From a virus, in the IMG/VR virus record IMGVR_UViG_3300047470_000212, positions 1-64,000 of that record: a stretch of 64,000 nt of DNA, one strand, 5' to 3'. Position 1 is the first letter of the stretch. Each line of letters starts with the position of its first letter. The notes below the pieces were generated by a model. It worked only from the letters and a program-made list of their open reading frames with translations, was not told where the DNA came from and ran no database searches. Positions 17,995-26,687 of this stretch are shown piece after piece. The position numbers were made by a program, and so were the translations under genes.

Positions 17995-18234
17995 TCAGAC
18001 GAGAGTGGTGGCGTTGGCGACGCGCGGGCATCCCTGGGAAATGTAGTCCTGCCAACTGACAATGTTGTTCCGCGTGGCCTGGATACGGGTCATGAGGAGT
18101 CGCTGCCTGCGCGCCGTCTTCTCGGCCGTCCAGCGCTTCTCCAGGGCCGACAGCTCACGCTTGCGAAGCCTGATCAGCTTGCGTGCTGCGGTCTTGCGCT
18201 CGTCGAGCTGGTGGGAACGGAACGGGCTGGGCAT
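17995..18234 (-). CDS. basic hypothetical protein
   Basis: 79 aa, AGGAGGAG RBS, first gene after a promoter. Confidence 0.6.
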   Translation of the reverse strand: MPSPFRSHQLDERKTAARKLIRLRKRELSALEKRWTAEKTARRQRLLMTRIQATRNNIVSWQDYISQGCPRVANATTLV

Positions 18235-18273
18235 CTTCGCGGCTCCTCCTGGTGTGGGGTGCTTGCAGGAGAA

Positions 18274-18302
18274 ACGCTAAGGGGACCGCCTGGTGGTGTC
18301 AA
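18274..18302 (-). promoter_or_regulatory. housekeeping-sigma promoter
   Basis: TTGACA-N17-TAGCGT. Confidence 0.7.
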
Positions 18303-18326
18303 GCGGTCCCCTGATATTGCTTGCGT

Positions 18327-18659
18327 TTACTTGTTGAGCATCTGCTCGGTCTCGTCTACCGTCTCGGCGACGGTGCCGAAGGCGTCCGTCCAGGCAGCGT
18401 TCACGGCCTCGTAGGGCAGCGGGTGATCGGCCAGGTTGACGCCGGGCGGTACGGGCCCGTCATAGGCGAAGGTGCCGTCCAGGGGCTCCCACTTCAGCCT
18501 GGCCTCGCCCAGCTCCTCGTTGAAGCGTGCGGAGTGCTGGCGGGCCAGCTCGGCGACCAGGGCGGGAGAGGGGCTGTCGTAGCCGCACTGGGAGGAGAGG
18601 AAGTCCGTCCACTCCTGCTGCAAGGTCGGGTAGTCGAAGCCGGGGAGCTGGTGGTTCAC
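18327..18659 (-). CDS. hypothetical protein
   Basis: 110 aa, AGGAGG RBS. Confidence 0.6.
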   Translation of the reverse strand: MNHQLPGFDYPTLQQEWTDFLSSQCGYDSPSPALVAELARQHSARFNEELGEARLKWEPLDGTFAYDGPVPPGVNLADHPLPYEAVNAAWTDAFGTVAETVDETEQMLNK

Positions 18660-18693
18660 GGGTACCTCCTGGTGTGGGGTGCTGGTGTGGTGG

Positions 18694-18858
18694 CTAGACC
18701 TGACGGGCGTTGATCACCGGGCCGACGGCAGCGCTCCCGTCGATGCGGCGGGTGTCGTCCTTGGGCGCCCAGTAGTGGCCCTTGTAGACGTGGCCCGGGT
18801 AACCCTCTTCGGTCTTCTTCAGGTGCCCCTCGAAGCTGCGGGCTCCGCACTTGCACAT
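18694..18858 (-). CDS. small hypothetical protein
   Basis: MCKCGAR start directly after the upstream stop. Confidence 0.45.
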   Translation of the reverse strand: MCKCGARSFEGHLKKTEEGYPGHVYKGHYWAPKDDTRRIDGSAAVGPVINARQV

Positions 18859-18860
18859 GA

Positions 18861-19259
18861 TCAGTTCTCCTCGTCCTCGATCAGCATGATGATCTGGGTC
18901 TCGGTCAGGAAGCGCTTCGCGGCCTCCTGCGTCAGGTGCTGGTGGACGCCATACAGGCCGGACTGCTGGGAGCGGTAGCTGAGCAACCAATCGGTCAGGC
19001 TCTTGCGCTGGTCCTCGATGCGGTCCAGGACCTTGTCGTCGTCGAACGGGCTGTCACCGTTGGCGTCCAGGCTCAGCTTCTCGGAGTAGGCGTTGGCGAC
19101 GGCTCGCAGCTCCATGAACTTCTCGAAGTCCATCACCGAGTCGACGCGGTTGGGGCCGGTCTCCAGCTTCTGCCGAAGGCTTTCGGCGAAGCCGAGGTAC
19201 GCGGTGTGCGCGCTCTTGGCGTAGGTGCGGACGCCTCGGATGGCCATGGCCTGGTTCAT
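18861..19259 (-). CDS. hypothetical protein
   Basis: 132 aa, AGGAG RBS. Confidence 0.65.
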   Translation of the reverse strand: MNQAMAIRGVRTYAKSAHTAYLGFAESLRQKLETGPNRVDSVMDFEKFMELRAVANAYSEKLSLDANGDSPFDDDKVLDRIEDQRKSLTDWLLSYRSQQSGLYGVHQHLTQEAAKRFLTETQIIMLIEDEEN

Positions 19260-19475
19260 GGTCGCTACTCCTGGTCTCGTATCGCTGCGTGCTTGGCAGT
19301 CTTGCGGGTGCGCTGCTTGCGCGGGCGGGAATCGTGACCTCCGGCCGCTCCGCTGCGCCGACGTTCCTGGACGGCGCGGATGTGCTCGGGGTCCTGCTGG
19401 GCGTTCATGTGTGCCTCCGGGGCCGTAGGGAAGTTCCCAGGTTACGGGTTCTTCCCTACGGCTTCAGAGTTACGT

Positions 19476-20333
19476 CTACCTGCGGCGGGCTGCGCGCTTC
19501 TTGGCCTCGTCGATGACCACCTCGGCGGTCTTGCCCTCCTTGTGGGCGATGGCCTCGGCAACCTTGTTCACGTCGCGGTGGGTGCCGTTGTTGCCGCGCC
19601 AGGCCTCGTACTGGTCGGCCAGCCAGGAGCGGGCGGCGGCCAGGGTCGCGATGGTCTGGAAGCGGTCGTGCGCGGGCTCGGTGACGAGGCCGTTCCGCGT
19701 CTGGCGCTGACGCTCGGGGACGCGCCAGTCGAAGACCTCAAGCGGGCTGCCGTCGGGGTTGGCGATGGCCTTGGCGGCCTTCTTCGCCTCGCGCTCGGCC
19801 TTCTTGGCTTCACGCTCCAGGCGGGCGGCCTTGCGCTCCGGCGCCTCCAGCTTCGTCTTCTGCTTGAGGATGTCGACCGGGGCCCACGGGAAGCAGACGG
19901 TGCACGCCTTCTCGCCCGCCAGCACGACCAGGTCCTCGGCCGACATGCCGGACTGCTCGACCAGCCAGGCGTACCGGGTGGTGGGGAAGCAGGTGTCGCA
20001 GTGCTCATCCTTGTGGACGTGACCGTTGCTGTTGTCGACCAGGTAGTACCGGGTCCAGCGGCGGTCGTTGTACTGCGCCTCGCGGGGGTACACCTCGGCG
20101 TCAAGGATTTCCCAGATGCGCTTCTGGAGGGCTTCGATCTCGGCGACCAGCTTGGCGCGGTTCTCCGGCGAGTGGGCCGGGAGCATGGACTGGTAGGAGC
20201 CGGGCTCGACCGCGTCGATACGGGACACCGTGGCGGTGAGGCGGTGCTGCTGGCTGGTCAGGTCGGCGATCTTGCCGTAGGCACCGAGGAGCGCGGTGTC
20301 GATCTCGACCGGGGTGGCGGTGGTGAGGTCCAT
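19476..20333 (-). CDS. hypothetical protein (His/Cys metal-binding motifs)
   Basis: GHVHKDEHCDTCF and ACTVCFP; AGGAGG RBS; after a promoter. Confidence 0.7.
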   Translation of the reverse strand: MDLTTATPVEIDTALLGAYGKIADLTSQQHRLTATVSRIDAVEPGSYQSMLPAHSPENRAKLVAEIEALQKRIWEILDAEVYPREAQYNDRRWTRYYLVDNSNGHVHKDEHCDTCFPTTRYAWLVEQSGMSAEDLVVLAGEKACTVCFPWAPVDILKQKTKLEAPERKAARLEREAKKAEREAKKAAKAIANPDGSPLEVFDWRVPERQRQTRNGLVTEPAHDRFQTIATLAAARSWLADQYEAWRGNNGTHRDVNKVAEAIAHKEGKTAEVVIDEAKKRAARRR

Positions 20334-20372
20334 CGTGTGCCTCCTGTTGTGGAGCGGTTGGTGACAGGTAGA

Positions 20373-20401
20373 ACTCTACGGAGGGCCCTACCCCTTGTCA
20401 A
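20373..20401 (-). promoter_or_regulatory. housekeeping-sigma promoter
   Basis: TTGACA-N17-TAGAGT. Confidence 0.75.
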
Positions 20402-20723
20402 GCGAAATCGGGTTACCGCTTGCGTCGATGTACTGCTCGATCTCGTAGCCCATGTTCAGGCTGTTCACGCGCTTCGCACCGATCGACTTCACGCGCAGTT
20501 CCAGGCGGGTGGTCCAGTCCGCTACCGCGTCCGGGGAGATCGGGCCGACGTTGCACTGGCGCAGCCACAGGATGGGGTCGAAGCGGTCGCTCGTGCCGGT
20601 GAGGGCGTCAGCGATGTTGAAGGCGATGTTGCGGCGCGCGTTGAAGTCCTGGTCGTCTGAGTCGGCGAGGGCGGCGGACAGGGTCTCGTAGTCGCTGCGG
20701 CTCATGTTGCGGGGCGCGGGCAT
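20388..20723 (-). CDS. hypothetical protein
   Basis: 111 aa, AGGAGGAG RBS. Confidence 0.6.
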   Translation of the reverse strand: MPAPRNMSRSDYETLSAALADSDDQDFNARRNIAFNIADALTGTSDRFDPILWLRQCNVGPISPDAVADWTTRLELRVKSIGAKRVNSLNMGYEIEQYIDASGNPISLDKG

Positions 20724-20826
20724 GGCGGGCTCCTCCTGGTGCGGGGATGAATGGTCGCGGGAAGCGTACGGGCCGCCCGGCTCAGGTGTCGAGTCGGACG
20801 GCCCGTACGCAGGGGGTGCGTAAGGA

Positions 20827-21057
20827 TCACGCGGCGGGGCGCTCCAGGTAGTACCACAGGCCGCTGTTCACCTGGACTGTGTAGCGGGCGCCGTCGGCGG
20901 ACTCGACCAGCCGAGCCTTGGGGTAGGTCGCCAGGGCCTGCCAGGCGCGGTCGGCGTCCACGGGGACCATCTCGCTACCGTTGTAGACACGGCAGGCGGT
21001 GAAGTCGGCCTTGATGGCTGCGATCTTCTTCGTGGCGGTGCGGGCGATGGTGCGCAT
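20827..21057 (-). CDS. hypothetical protein
   Basis: MRTIARTAT start after AGGAG. Confidence 0.55.
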   Translation of the reverse strand: MRTIARTATKKIAAIKADFTACRVYNGSEMVPVDADRAWQALATYPKARLVESADGARYTVQVNSGLWYYLERPAA

Positions 21058-21076
21058 GCTGGGGTCTCCTAGGGTC

Positions 21077-21931
21077 TCAGGCGGCGAGGGAGGTGCGCTG
21101 GCCACCGAGGGCCTTGGCGCTGCCCAGGCGGGCGGACTGGCCCGCGTTGTCACCGGCCACACGGGCGGCGGTGCTGTACGCGGTGGTGCGGCTGGAGCCC
21201 TTCCAGGAGCCCTTGGCGGTGGACGCCTTCGCGTAGTAGGCGCCGATCTCCTTCTTCTTGTCGAAGAGGACCAGTTCGGCGGTCACCTCGATCTCGTACT
21301 CCACGCCGTTCTCGCCCGTGGTGGGCAGGGTGTAGACGTTCTCCTTGGCCGCCTCCAGGGCCTCGCGGCGGGCGTCCCACAGGCGGGAGGAGATTCGCCG
21401 GGTGAAGGCGTCGTAGAAGTTGGCGCGGGCGGTGCGTCCGTCCAGCGAGCGCTCTTCCAGGTCCTTGTAGGTGCCCCAGGCGTCGCGCTTGGTCACCTGC
21501 CGCAGGACCTTCTCCTGCTTGTACTCGCCGGTCTTCAGCCAGGCGTTGGCGGCCTCGGTCATCTGGTACAGCAGGGAGGCGTACAGGACCTCGACGACCT
21601 CGATGTCCGACGGCATGCCGAAGGCGATCACGAAGGTGGAGTTCATCGCGATGTTGACCTTGACGTCGTTGTTGTCCGCGATGGCGATGAACAGGTTCAC
21701 CAAGCGGGCGTTGTTGTTCTTGCGGGGCTGGCCAATGGTGATGTGCTTGTGGGTCGGCTGCTCGCGCTGCTCCTTCTTCGCGGTGTGCTGCCGGGCCACG
21801 GCGAGGTCGATGCTGCCGAGGGTGGCCAGGGACTGCGCCTTCTTCATGTAGGTCGCGGCTTCCTCGGGGGTCGAGGCGTTCTCGGCCTTGGCGAGGATCT
21901 TGGCCAGCTTGTCGAGCATGCGGTCAGCCAT
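21077..21931 (-). CDS. DUF2786 domain protein (Rv0184-like)
   Basis: N-terminal LDKLAKILAKAENASTPEEAATYMKKAQSL; FGMPSDIEVVEVLYASLLYQ; RANFYDAF. Confidence 0.75.
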   Translation of the reverse strand: MADRMLDKLAKILAKAENASTPEEAATYMKKAQSLATLGSIDLAVARQHTAKKEQREQPTHKHITIGQPRKNNNARLVNLFIAIADNNDVKVNIAMNSTFVIAFGMPSDIEVVEVLYASLLYQMTEAANAWLKTGEYKQEKVLRQVTKRDAWGTYKDLEERSLDGRTARANFYDAFTRRISSRLWDARREALEAAKENVYTLPTTGENGVEYEIEVTAELVLFDKKKEIGAYYAKASTAKGSWKGSSRTTAYSTAARVAGDNAGQSARLGSAKALGGQRTSLAA

Positions 21932-21970
21932 CGTGGGCTCCTCCTGTTGCGGGGGCGGTTGATGAGGTAG

Positions 21971-21999
21971 AACTTACGGGTTTCGGTATTGCTTGTCAA
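21971..21999 (-). promoter_or_regulatory. housekeeping-sigma promoter
   Basis: TTGACA-N17-TAAGTT. Confidence 0.75.
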
Positions 22000-22013
22000 G
22001 CAATTCTCTGGAC

Positions 22014-22352
22014 TTACTTGCGAGGCTGTCCACCGCTGGGGATGCCGACCACGCGCTTCCCCTGGCGGTAGTCCCAGGTCTGCTCGTGGACGCGGTCGGC
22101 CTCGAACTCGTCGTAGGTCTCCTGCACGGCCTTGATGACGTCCAGGACGGTGTCGTACGGGCCGCCGGAGCGGGTGGTCAGACGCGGCGCCGAGATGTCG
22201 AAGTGCCAGCCGACGTCGTCGGCCGTGATGTCGTCCTCGGTGCCGAACTCGACCACGGCGTCCTCACCCACGCGCCAGATGGACCCGAGGGAGCCAAAAC
22301 GGTCGGTGACCTGGAGGTTGTCCGGGTCGTCAGTGGTCTTGAAGGTCAGCAT
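22014..22352 (-). CDS. hypothetical protein
   Basis: 112 aa, acidic. Confidence 0.55.
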   Translation of the reverse strand: MLTFKTTDDPDNLQVTDRFGSLGSIWRVGEDAVVEFGTEDDITADDVGWHFDISAPRLTTRSGGPYDTVLDVIKAVQETYDEFEADRVHEQTWDYRQGKRVVGIPSGGQPRK

Positions 22353-22362
22353 GTGGTGCCTT

Positions 22363-22884
22363 TCAGGCGGCGACGGGGGCGGCGAGGCGCACACCGTGGC
22401 GGGTGTAGGAGTCGGTGAGCAGGAGGCCGACCTCCGGCCCGAGCAGTTCGGTGACCAGGTGGAGCATGGTCCGCGTGAACTCGGCGCCGTGGGTCTGGGT
22501 GCTGCGGGTCAGGTGGTGGGCGATCTCGTGGATGATGACGATCTCTCGCATGGCCCACGAGATGCCGCTCACGTGCGGCGGGACGGCGATGATGGCGCCC
22601 CACGGCTCATAGTGGGCGAAGCGGCTCCCCTTGCGGGCCCGGATCGTGATGGGGCGCTCGGCGCGGGCGTAGTCGGCCTTGACCCAGTTGAGGGCCAGGA
22701 CCGCGTCCACGTAGCGCTGGACGCCGTCGATGTCGCCGAACTTGCGCTCGGCCGGGACCAGCAGGCTGGAGCCGTAGAAGTCGAAGGTGCGCACGTCGGT
22801 CTTGGCAAGGGAGTCGAGGATTTCTCGCACGAACCGTTCGGCGTCGTAGACCTTGGAGACCTGCATGTCGCGAGTGGTGCCCAT
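22363..22884 (-). CDS. HEXXH metallohydrolase, Rv0185/TIGR04338-like
   Basis: RDMQVSKVYDAE, ERKFGDIDGVQRYVDAVL, WAMREIVIIHEIAHH, HGAEF. Confidence 0.75.
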   Translation of the reverse strand: MGTTRDMQVSKVYDAERFVREILDSLAKTDVRTFDFYGSSLLVPAERKFGDIDGVQRYVDAVLALNWVKADYARAERPITIRARKGSRFAHYEPWGAIIAVPPHVSGISWAMREIVIIHEIAHHLTRSTQTHGAEFTRTMLHLVTELLGPEVGLLLTDSYTRHGVRLAAPVAA

Positions 22885-22931
22885 CGGGTGCTCCTCCTGG
22901 TGGGGGGCGGTTGGTGTGTTCGACATGGGAA

Positions 22932-22959
22932 ACAATACTCAGGAAGCCGTAATCGTCAA
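22932..22959 (-). promoter_or_regulatory. probable promoter overlapped by tandem AAGCCGTAATCG repeats
   Basis: TTGACG-N16-TATTGT. Confidence 0.55.
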
Positions 22960-23037
22960 GCCGTAATCGGAAAGCAGTAAGCCGTGAGCTGCGTCACATA
23001 CGCGGCCCACGGCTTACCGGGTTGACTGGCTATGAAA

Positions 23038-23436
23038 TTACTTGGTAGACCTTGGCGCTTCCGTCACCGTTTCCTTTGGGCACGGGACCTTGACCTGCAC
23101 GGAATGCGTGTGCGCCAGCCCATACACCGGTGCGTAAGGCGTGGCCGACGACGTAGGTGCAGGTATTGCGGGCGACGGCCCGATCACGAGCGATACCTTG
23201 CACGTGCCCGAGGACTTCGACTTCGATTCCTTCGGGGTTTTCGATGGGAGATACCGCGTCACGGTAGGTACGGGCTGCGGATCGGAATCCCCTTCTGCCG
23301 CCGGAGAATCCGACCGGGAATTCTGGGTATGAAGCCCGTCGAAATCCTGCTGCGGAACCACGGAAAGTCCGATAGCCGGTACTGCGAGAATTCCGATTGC
23401 GGCCAGGGCGACTTTGATGCGCTGGAATGTGCTCAT
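23038..23436 (-). CDS. putative secreted/membrane protein
   Basis: Hydrophobic N-terminus, Ser/Pro/Thr-rich body, visibly lower GC. Confidence 0.5.
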   Translation of the reverse strand: MSTFQRIKVALAAIGILAVPAIGLSVVPQQDFDGLHTQNSRSDSPAAEGDSDPQPVPTVTRYLPSKTPKESKSKSSGTCKVSLVIGPSPAIPAPTSSATPYAPVYGLAHTHSVQVKVPCPKETVTEAPRSTK

Positions 23437-23594
23437 ACCAGCACCGTACCGAAGCCCTCGCACGGGACGCAGTCGGCGCCCTCGCGGTCCTCACCGGACC
23501 CATAGCACCGCTTGCAGTCGATCTCCTCTGCCGTGCTCTCGCCGCTTTCGGCGAAAGACACTGCATGCACGTGTGCGCTCATGAGAAGTACTAA

Positions 23595-25133
23595 CTAACC
23601 TTCCTGGTTGACATAAGTTGGTACATCGACGATTTCGGCGTCGATGAATCCGGTGGACTGCTCGATCATCCGGTCTGCTGAGACCGGCCTGTCGATGGAA
23701 GTCATCTGCTCCCCAGCGTCACGGCCGAAGATACGGCTGATCATACCGGCCCCACCGCCATTCCCCTTAGCCTCCAGTTTCACGGAGAACGTATCCTGCT
23801 CCAGTTCCGTCTTCACCTTCACCAGTTTCTGGAGACGGTCGATCTCGCCGGAAAGGTTCGGATCCGCGTAGCCGCCGGTCATATCCTCGACCATCTTCAT
23901 GAAGAGGACCCGCTGCGCCTGCATCTCGATGAGCGAATTCTGGAGCGATTGCATCTGCTGCTTGCTCTTAACCTGCACCGGGATGTCGTACGCGCAGTTG
24001 GCATTAGGGTCGTACGCCGGGCACTTCGAGGACAGGAAGCAGGACGAGCAGGCGCGCATGGACTGGCTGCGCACGGTGACGAGGGGGACGTCCCGCTCCT
24101 TGTTCACGCCGTCGTCGGGGTCGGTGTAGACCTCCTTCTCCTGCACCACACCGATGACCGGCAAGTTGGTACGCGGACGGTCCTTCCGAGGGGCCGGAGT
24201 TGTTCCGGCGTTGAGCGTTTTCTCGCCCGCCGTATCAACTTCGGTACCACCCAATTGAGCGAAACCCGAAAGTACCCCTGAACCAGAGGTAGTAACTGTT
24301 TCTGCCTCCTGTGGCCGGTGCTGGTCGATGGAGGCGGCCAACTGCTGCCACGACCAGATGGTGAACCGCAGGATCTCGTCGTTCTCCCCGGCCTCGATCC
24401 GGTCAGGGTCGAAGCCCGCTTCAGTGAACAGAGTGCGGTGTCGCTTTCGCGCCTGGTCCTTGTATTTCTTCGGGTAGCGCTTCAATTCCCGACCGGTCCA
24501 CACAATGGTGTCGCCATACTGGGAAGGGGAAAGCCAGGAAGTCGACGCGACGGAATCCCAGGTGACGGCAGCCATTTCCGCAGGCTTAGTCATTGCTACT
24601 CCGTGGAGCAGCGTGCCGTATTTCCGGGTGATCTCGTTGAGGATAGGCGTGAGGTTCCTACCGTCCAAGTCCGTCTGCGTTACGCCGACGCGCTTGTATC
24701 GCTGGGCGAGCCTGTCGAGTTCGTCGACTCCCCATTCCGAATGCCATATCGGAAGGAATTTCTCTTCCGGAAGATCCTCGTAGAAGTCTTCTCGGCGGGC
24801 CTCTATCCATTCACGTCCGAGAACGACAGCGTCGAACTCGGACACCATATGAAGCGAGTCGATGTTCTGCTGTACGAAGGCTTCGTAGTGGGCGGCGATG
24901 TCCTTCAATTCGCCGATCGAGTATTTGTCGTCGTCGGCCTTGTTGACCGTGTAGGCGCCGGAGTCCAGGAAGACCTTCTGGCTGTCGAGGTAGTTGTCCT
25001 CGATCAGCCAGGGCCTCGTGAACTTGGTCCGGCGCCGCAGTCCCATGTACGAGAGGGAGACGGTCTCGACGCCTTCCTCGGCCAGCATCTTGCGCCAGCC
25101 GGGAATCTCGGATCCGCCGAGGAAGAGGTGCAC
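23595..25133 (-). CDS. queuine tRNA-ribosyltransferase (TGT)/DpdA-like TIM-barrel protein with Cys-rich C-terminal domain
   Basis: VFLDSGAY, LPIWH, LLHGVAMT and DSVASTSW motifs; C-terminal CSSC-x4-C...C. Confidence 0.6.
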   Translation of the reverse strand: MHLFLGGSEIPGWRKMLAEEGVETVSLSYMGLRRRTKFTRPWLIEDNYLDSQKVFLDSGAYTVNKADDDKYSIGELKDIAAHYEAFVQQNIDSLHMVSEFDAVVLGREWIEARREDFYEDLPEEKFLPIWHSEWGVDELDRLAQRYKRVGVTQTDLDGRNLTPILNEITRKYGTLLHGVAMTKPAEMAAVTWDSVASTSWLSPSQYGDTIVWTGRELKRYPKKYKDQARKRHRTLFTEAGFDPDRIEAGENDEILRFTIWSWQQLAASIDQHRPQEAETVTTSGSGVLSGFAQLGGTEVDTAGEKTLNAGTTPAPRKDRPRTNLPVIGVVQEKEVYTDPDDGVNKERDVPLVTVRSQSMRACSSCFLSSKCPAYDPNANCAYDIPVQVKSKQQMQSLQNSLIEMQAQRVLFMKMVEDMTGGYADPNLSGEIDRLQKLVKVKTELEQDTFSVKLEAKGNGGGAGMISRIFGRDAGEQMTSIDRPVSADRMIEQSTGFIDAEIVDVPTYVNQEG

Positions 25134-25161
25134 GGTTGGGTTCTCCGAATCAGGGGTTGGG

Positions 25162-25893
25162 TTACTTCTTGACGCGCTTGACGGCGCTCTTCGGGAAGAG
25201 GCCGGGCTGGGTGACGCGGGGGCCGCGCGGGGCGGTCATGGTCGGCTTCCCCTGGGGCCGGGGGCCTTCGGTGGCCGCGAGACCGAACTGCTGTGGGGCG
25301 CGGACCTGGCTCGGACCGAACAGACCGGCCTGGACGACGCGCTGCGGCTTGGCGGCCGGGGGCGTCTGCGAGGCGCTGGCCCGCTTGAGCGGGGCGTCTG
25401 GAGTCTTCTTGCCGGACGGCTGGAAGGCGCCGACGCGGGACGTCCAGCCCTTGTCCTCGTCCTGGTTGTAGACACCCGGCGAGGAGGGAGCAGGCGTGGC
25501 CGCGTGAGGCTTGGAGCCGAACGCGGCGTGGAAGTCGTCCCAGGCCCCACCGGACGGCTTGCTCTGCGCCTGGACCTCCCCCATGCGGGAGTTGAAGGTA
25601 TGAAGCAGGTCGGAGGCTGCGCCGGAGTGCTTGGCGTGCCAGGCGTCCAGGTCCGAGCGGTGGTCCTCTCCCACGCGCTGGACCTCGGTATGAAGGTGCT
25701 GCGTTGCGGCGGCCGGGGTGTTCTCCTGGCCGAGCGGGCCGTGGGCGGGGACCTCGGGGGTGCCCTGCTTCTGGCGGGCGTTCTCCAGGGCGCCAACGCG
25801 GTCCTCGATCGTGTTGCTGCGCCGGAACTGGAGTGGATGCAGGTAGCGGTCTCTGAACTGGGTCGCGATGGCGTGGAATGCCTGGGCGCTCAT
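25162..25893 (-). CDS. hypothetical low-complexity protein
   Basis: 243 aa, Ala/Pro/Gln/His-rich. Confidence 0.6.
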   Translation of the reverse strand: MSAQAFHAIATQFRDRYLHPLQFRRSNTIEDRVGALENARQKQGTPEVPAHGPLGQENTPAAATQHLHTEVQRVGEDHRSDLDAWHAKHSGAASDLLHTFNSRMGEVQAQSKPSGGAWDDFHAAFGSKPHAATPAPSSPGVYNQDEDKGWTSRVGAFQPSGKKTPDAPLKRASASQTPPAAKPQRVVQAGLFGPSQVRAPQQFGLAATEGPRPQGKPTMTAPRGPRVTQPGLFPKSAVKRVKK

Positions 25894-26189
25894 GATCTGG
25901 TGTCCCTTCGGACGAAGTAGAGGTAGCGGTGCCCGGCCACGAAGGAGGCCAGGAAGCCGACGTTGACCAGCGACCGGCTGGAGGTGGTCGACGTCAGGAA
26001 CAGGGCGGTGAACGCGGTCACGTTGGCGCTGTAGACGAAGAGGGTTGCGGCCAGCCATCGCTCGGTGACGCCGAGCTGGCGCCAGGCGGGGATGGTGGCC
26101 CGAAGCAGCAGGGCCGCGAATGCTGCCCCGGTGAGGACGGACAGGACGCGGGTGATGCCGATGAACAGGACGAAGCCGTGGCTGGTCAC
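25890..26189 (-). CDS. small membrane protein (about 3 TM)
   Basis: Hydrophobic segments; coupled at both ends. Confidence 0.55.
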   Translation of the reverse strand: MTSHGFVLFIGITRVLSVLTGAAFAALLLRATIPAWRQLGVTERWLAATLFVYSANVTAFTALFLTSTTSSRSLVNVGFLASFVAGHRYLYFVRRDTRS

Positions 26190-26680
26190 AGGATCTCCAT
26201 GTGTGGGCGCGGGTCTTCTTCGCGTAGTGCTCGCTGCCTCTCCACTTCGTCCACCAGTGCCGACCAGGGCGTGACGCTCTCCTGGTAGTCGGGGCGGAAG
26301 CGCGGAGAGGAGTAGTTCGGGTGCAGGTAGTTCAGGACTCCGACACCATTCGCCATGACGTGCGCGGCGATCTTCGGGTCGGGCTCGACCAGTAGCTCGA
26401 CATTGCATCCGGCCTGCCGCAGCCGGGAGATCTGCTGCATACGCCGCTCGGCCGGGTCTTCTGAATCCCGGATCTGGGCGGGGATGAGGTAGGGGTGCTT
26501 GTTGAAGCCGTTGACGTGGAGCCAGTGCTTGACCGGCTCGATGTCGGTGCGGTCGGTGATGAGGGCGACCTTGTAGGTCTCCATCAGGCCCCAGTACAGG
26601 CGCTGGCCCTGGTGGATGACACCCTCCCCTACCTCGCGTGAGAGGACGCCCTCGATGACGATGGCGACGGTTGCTGACAT
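26186..26680 (-). CDS. HAD-fold-like protein (degenerate)
   Basis: IVIEGVL at the motif I position, ALITDR, LLVEPDP. Confidence 0.45.
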   Translation of the reverse strand: MSATVAIVIEGVLSREVGEGVIHQGQRLYWGLMETYKVALITDRTDIEPVKHWLHVNGFNKHPYLIPAQIRDSEDPAERRMQQISRLRQAGCNVELLVEPDPKIAAHVMANGVGVLNYLHPNYSSPRFRPDYQESVTPWSALVDEVERQRALREEDPRPHMEIL

Positions 26681-26687
26681 GACGGCC

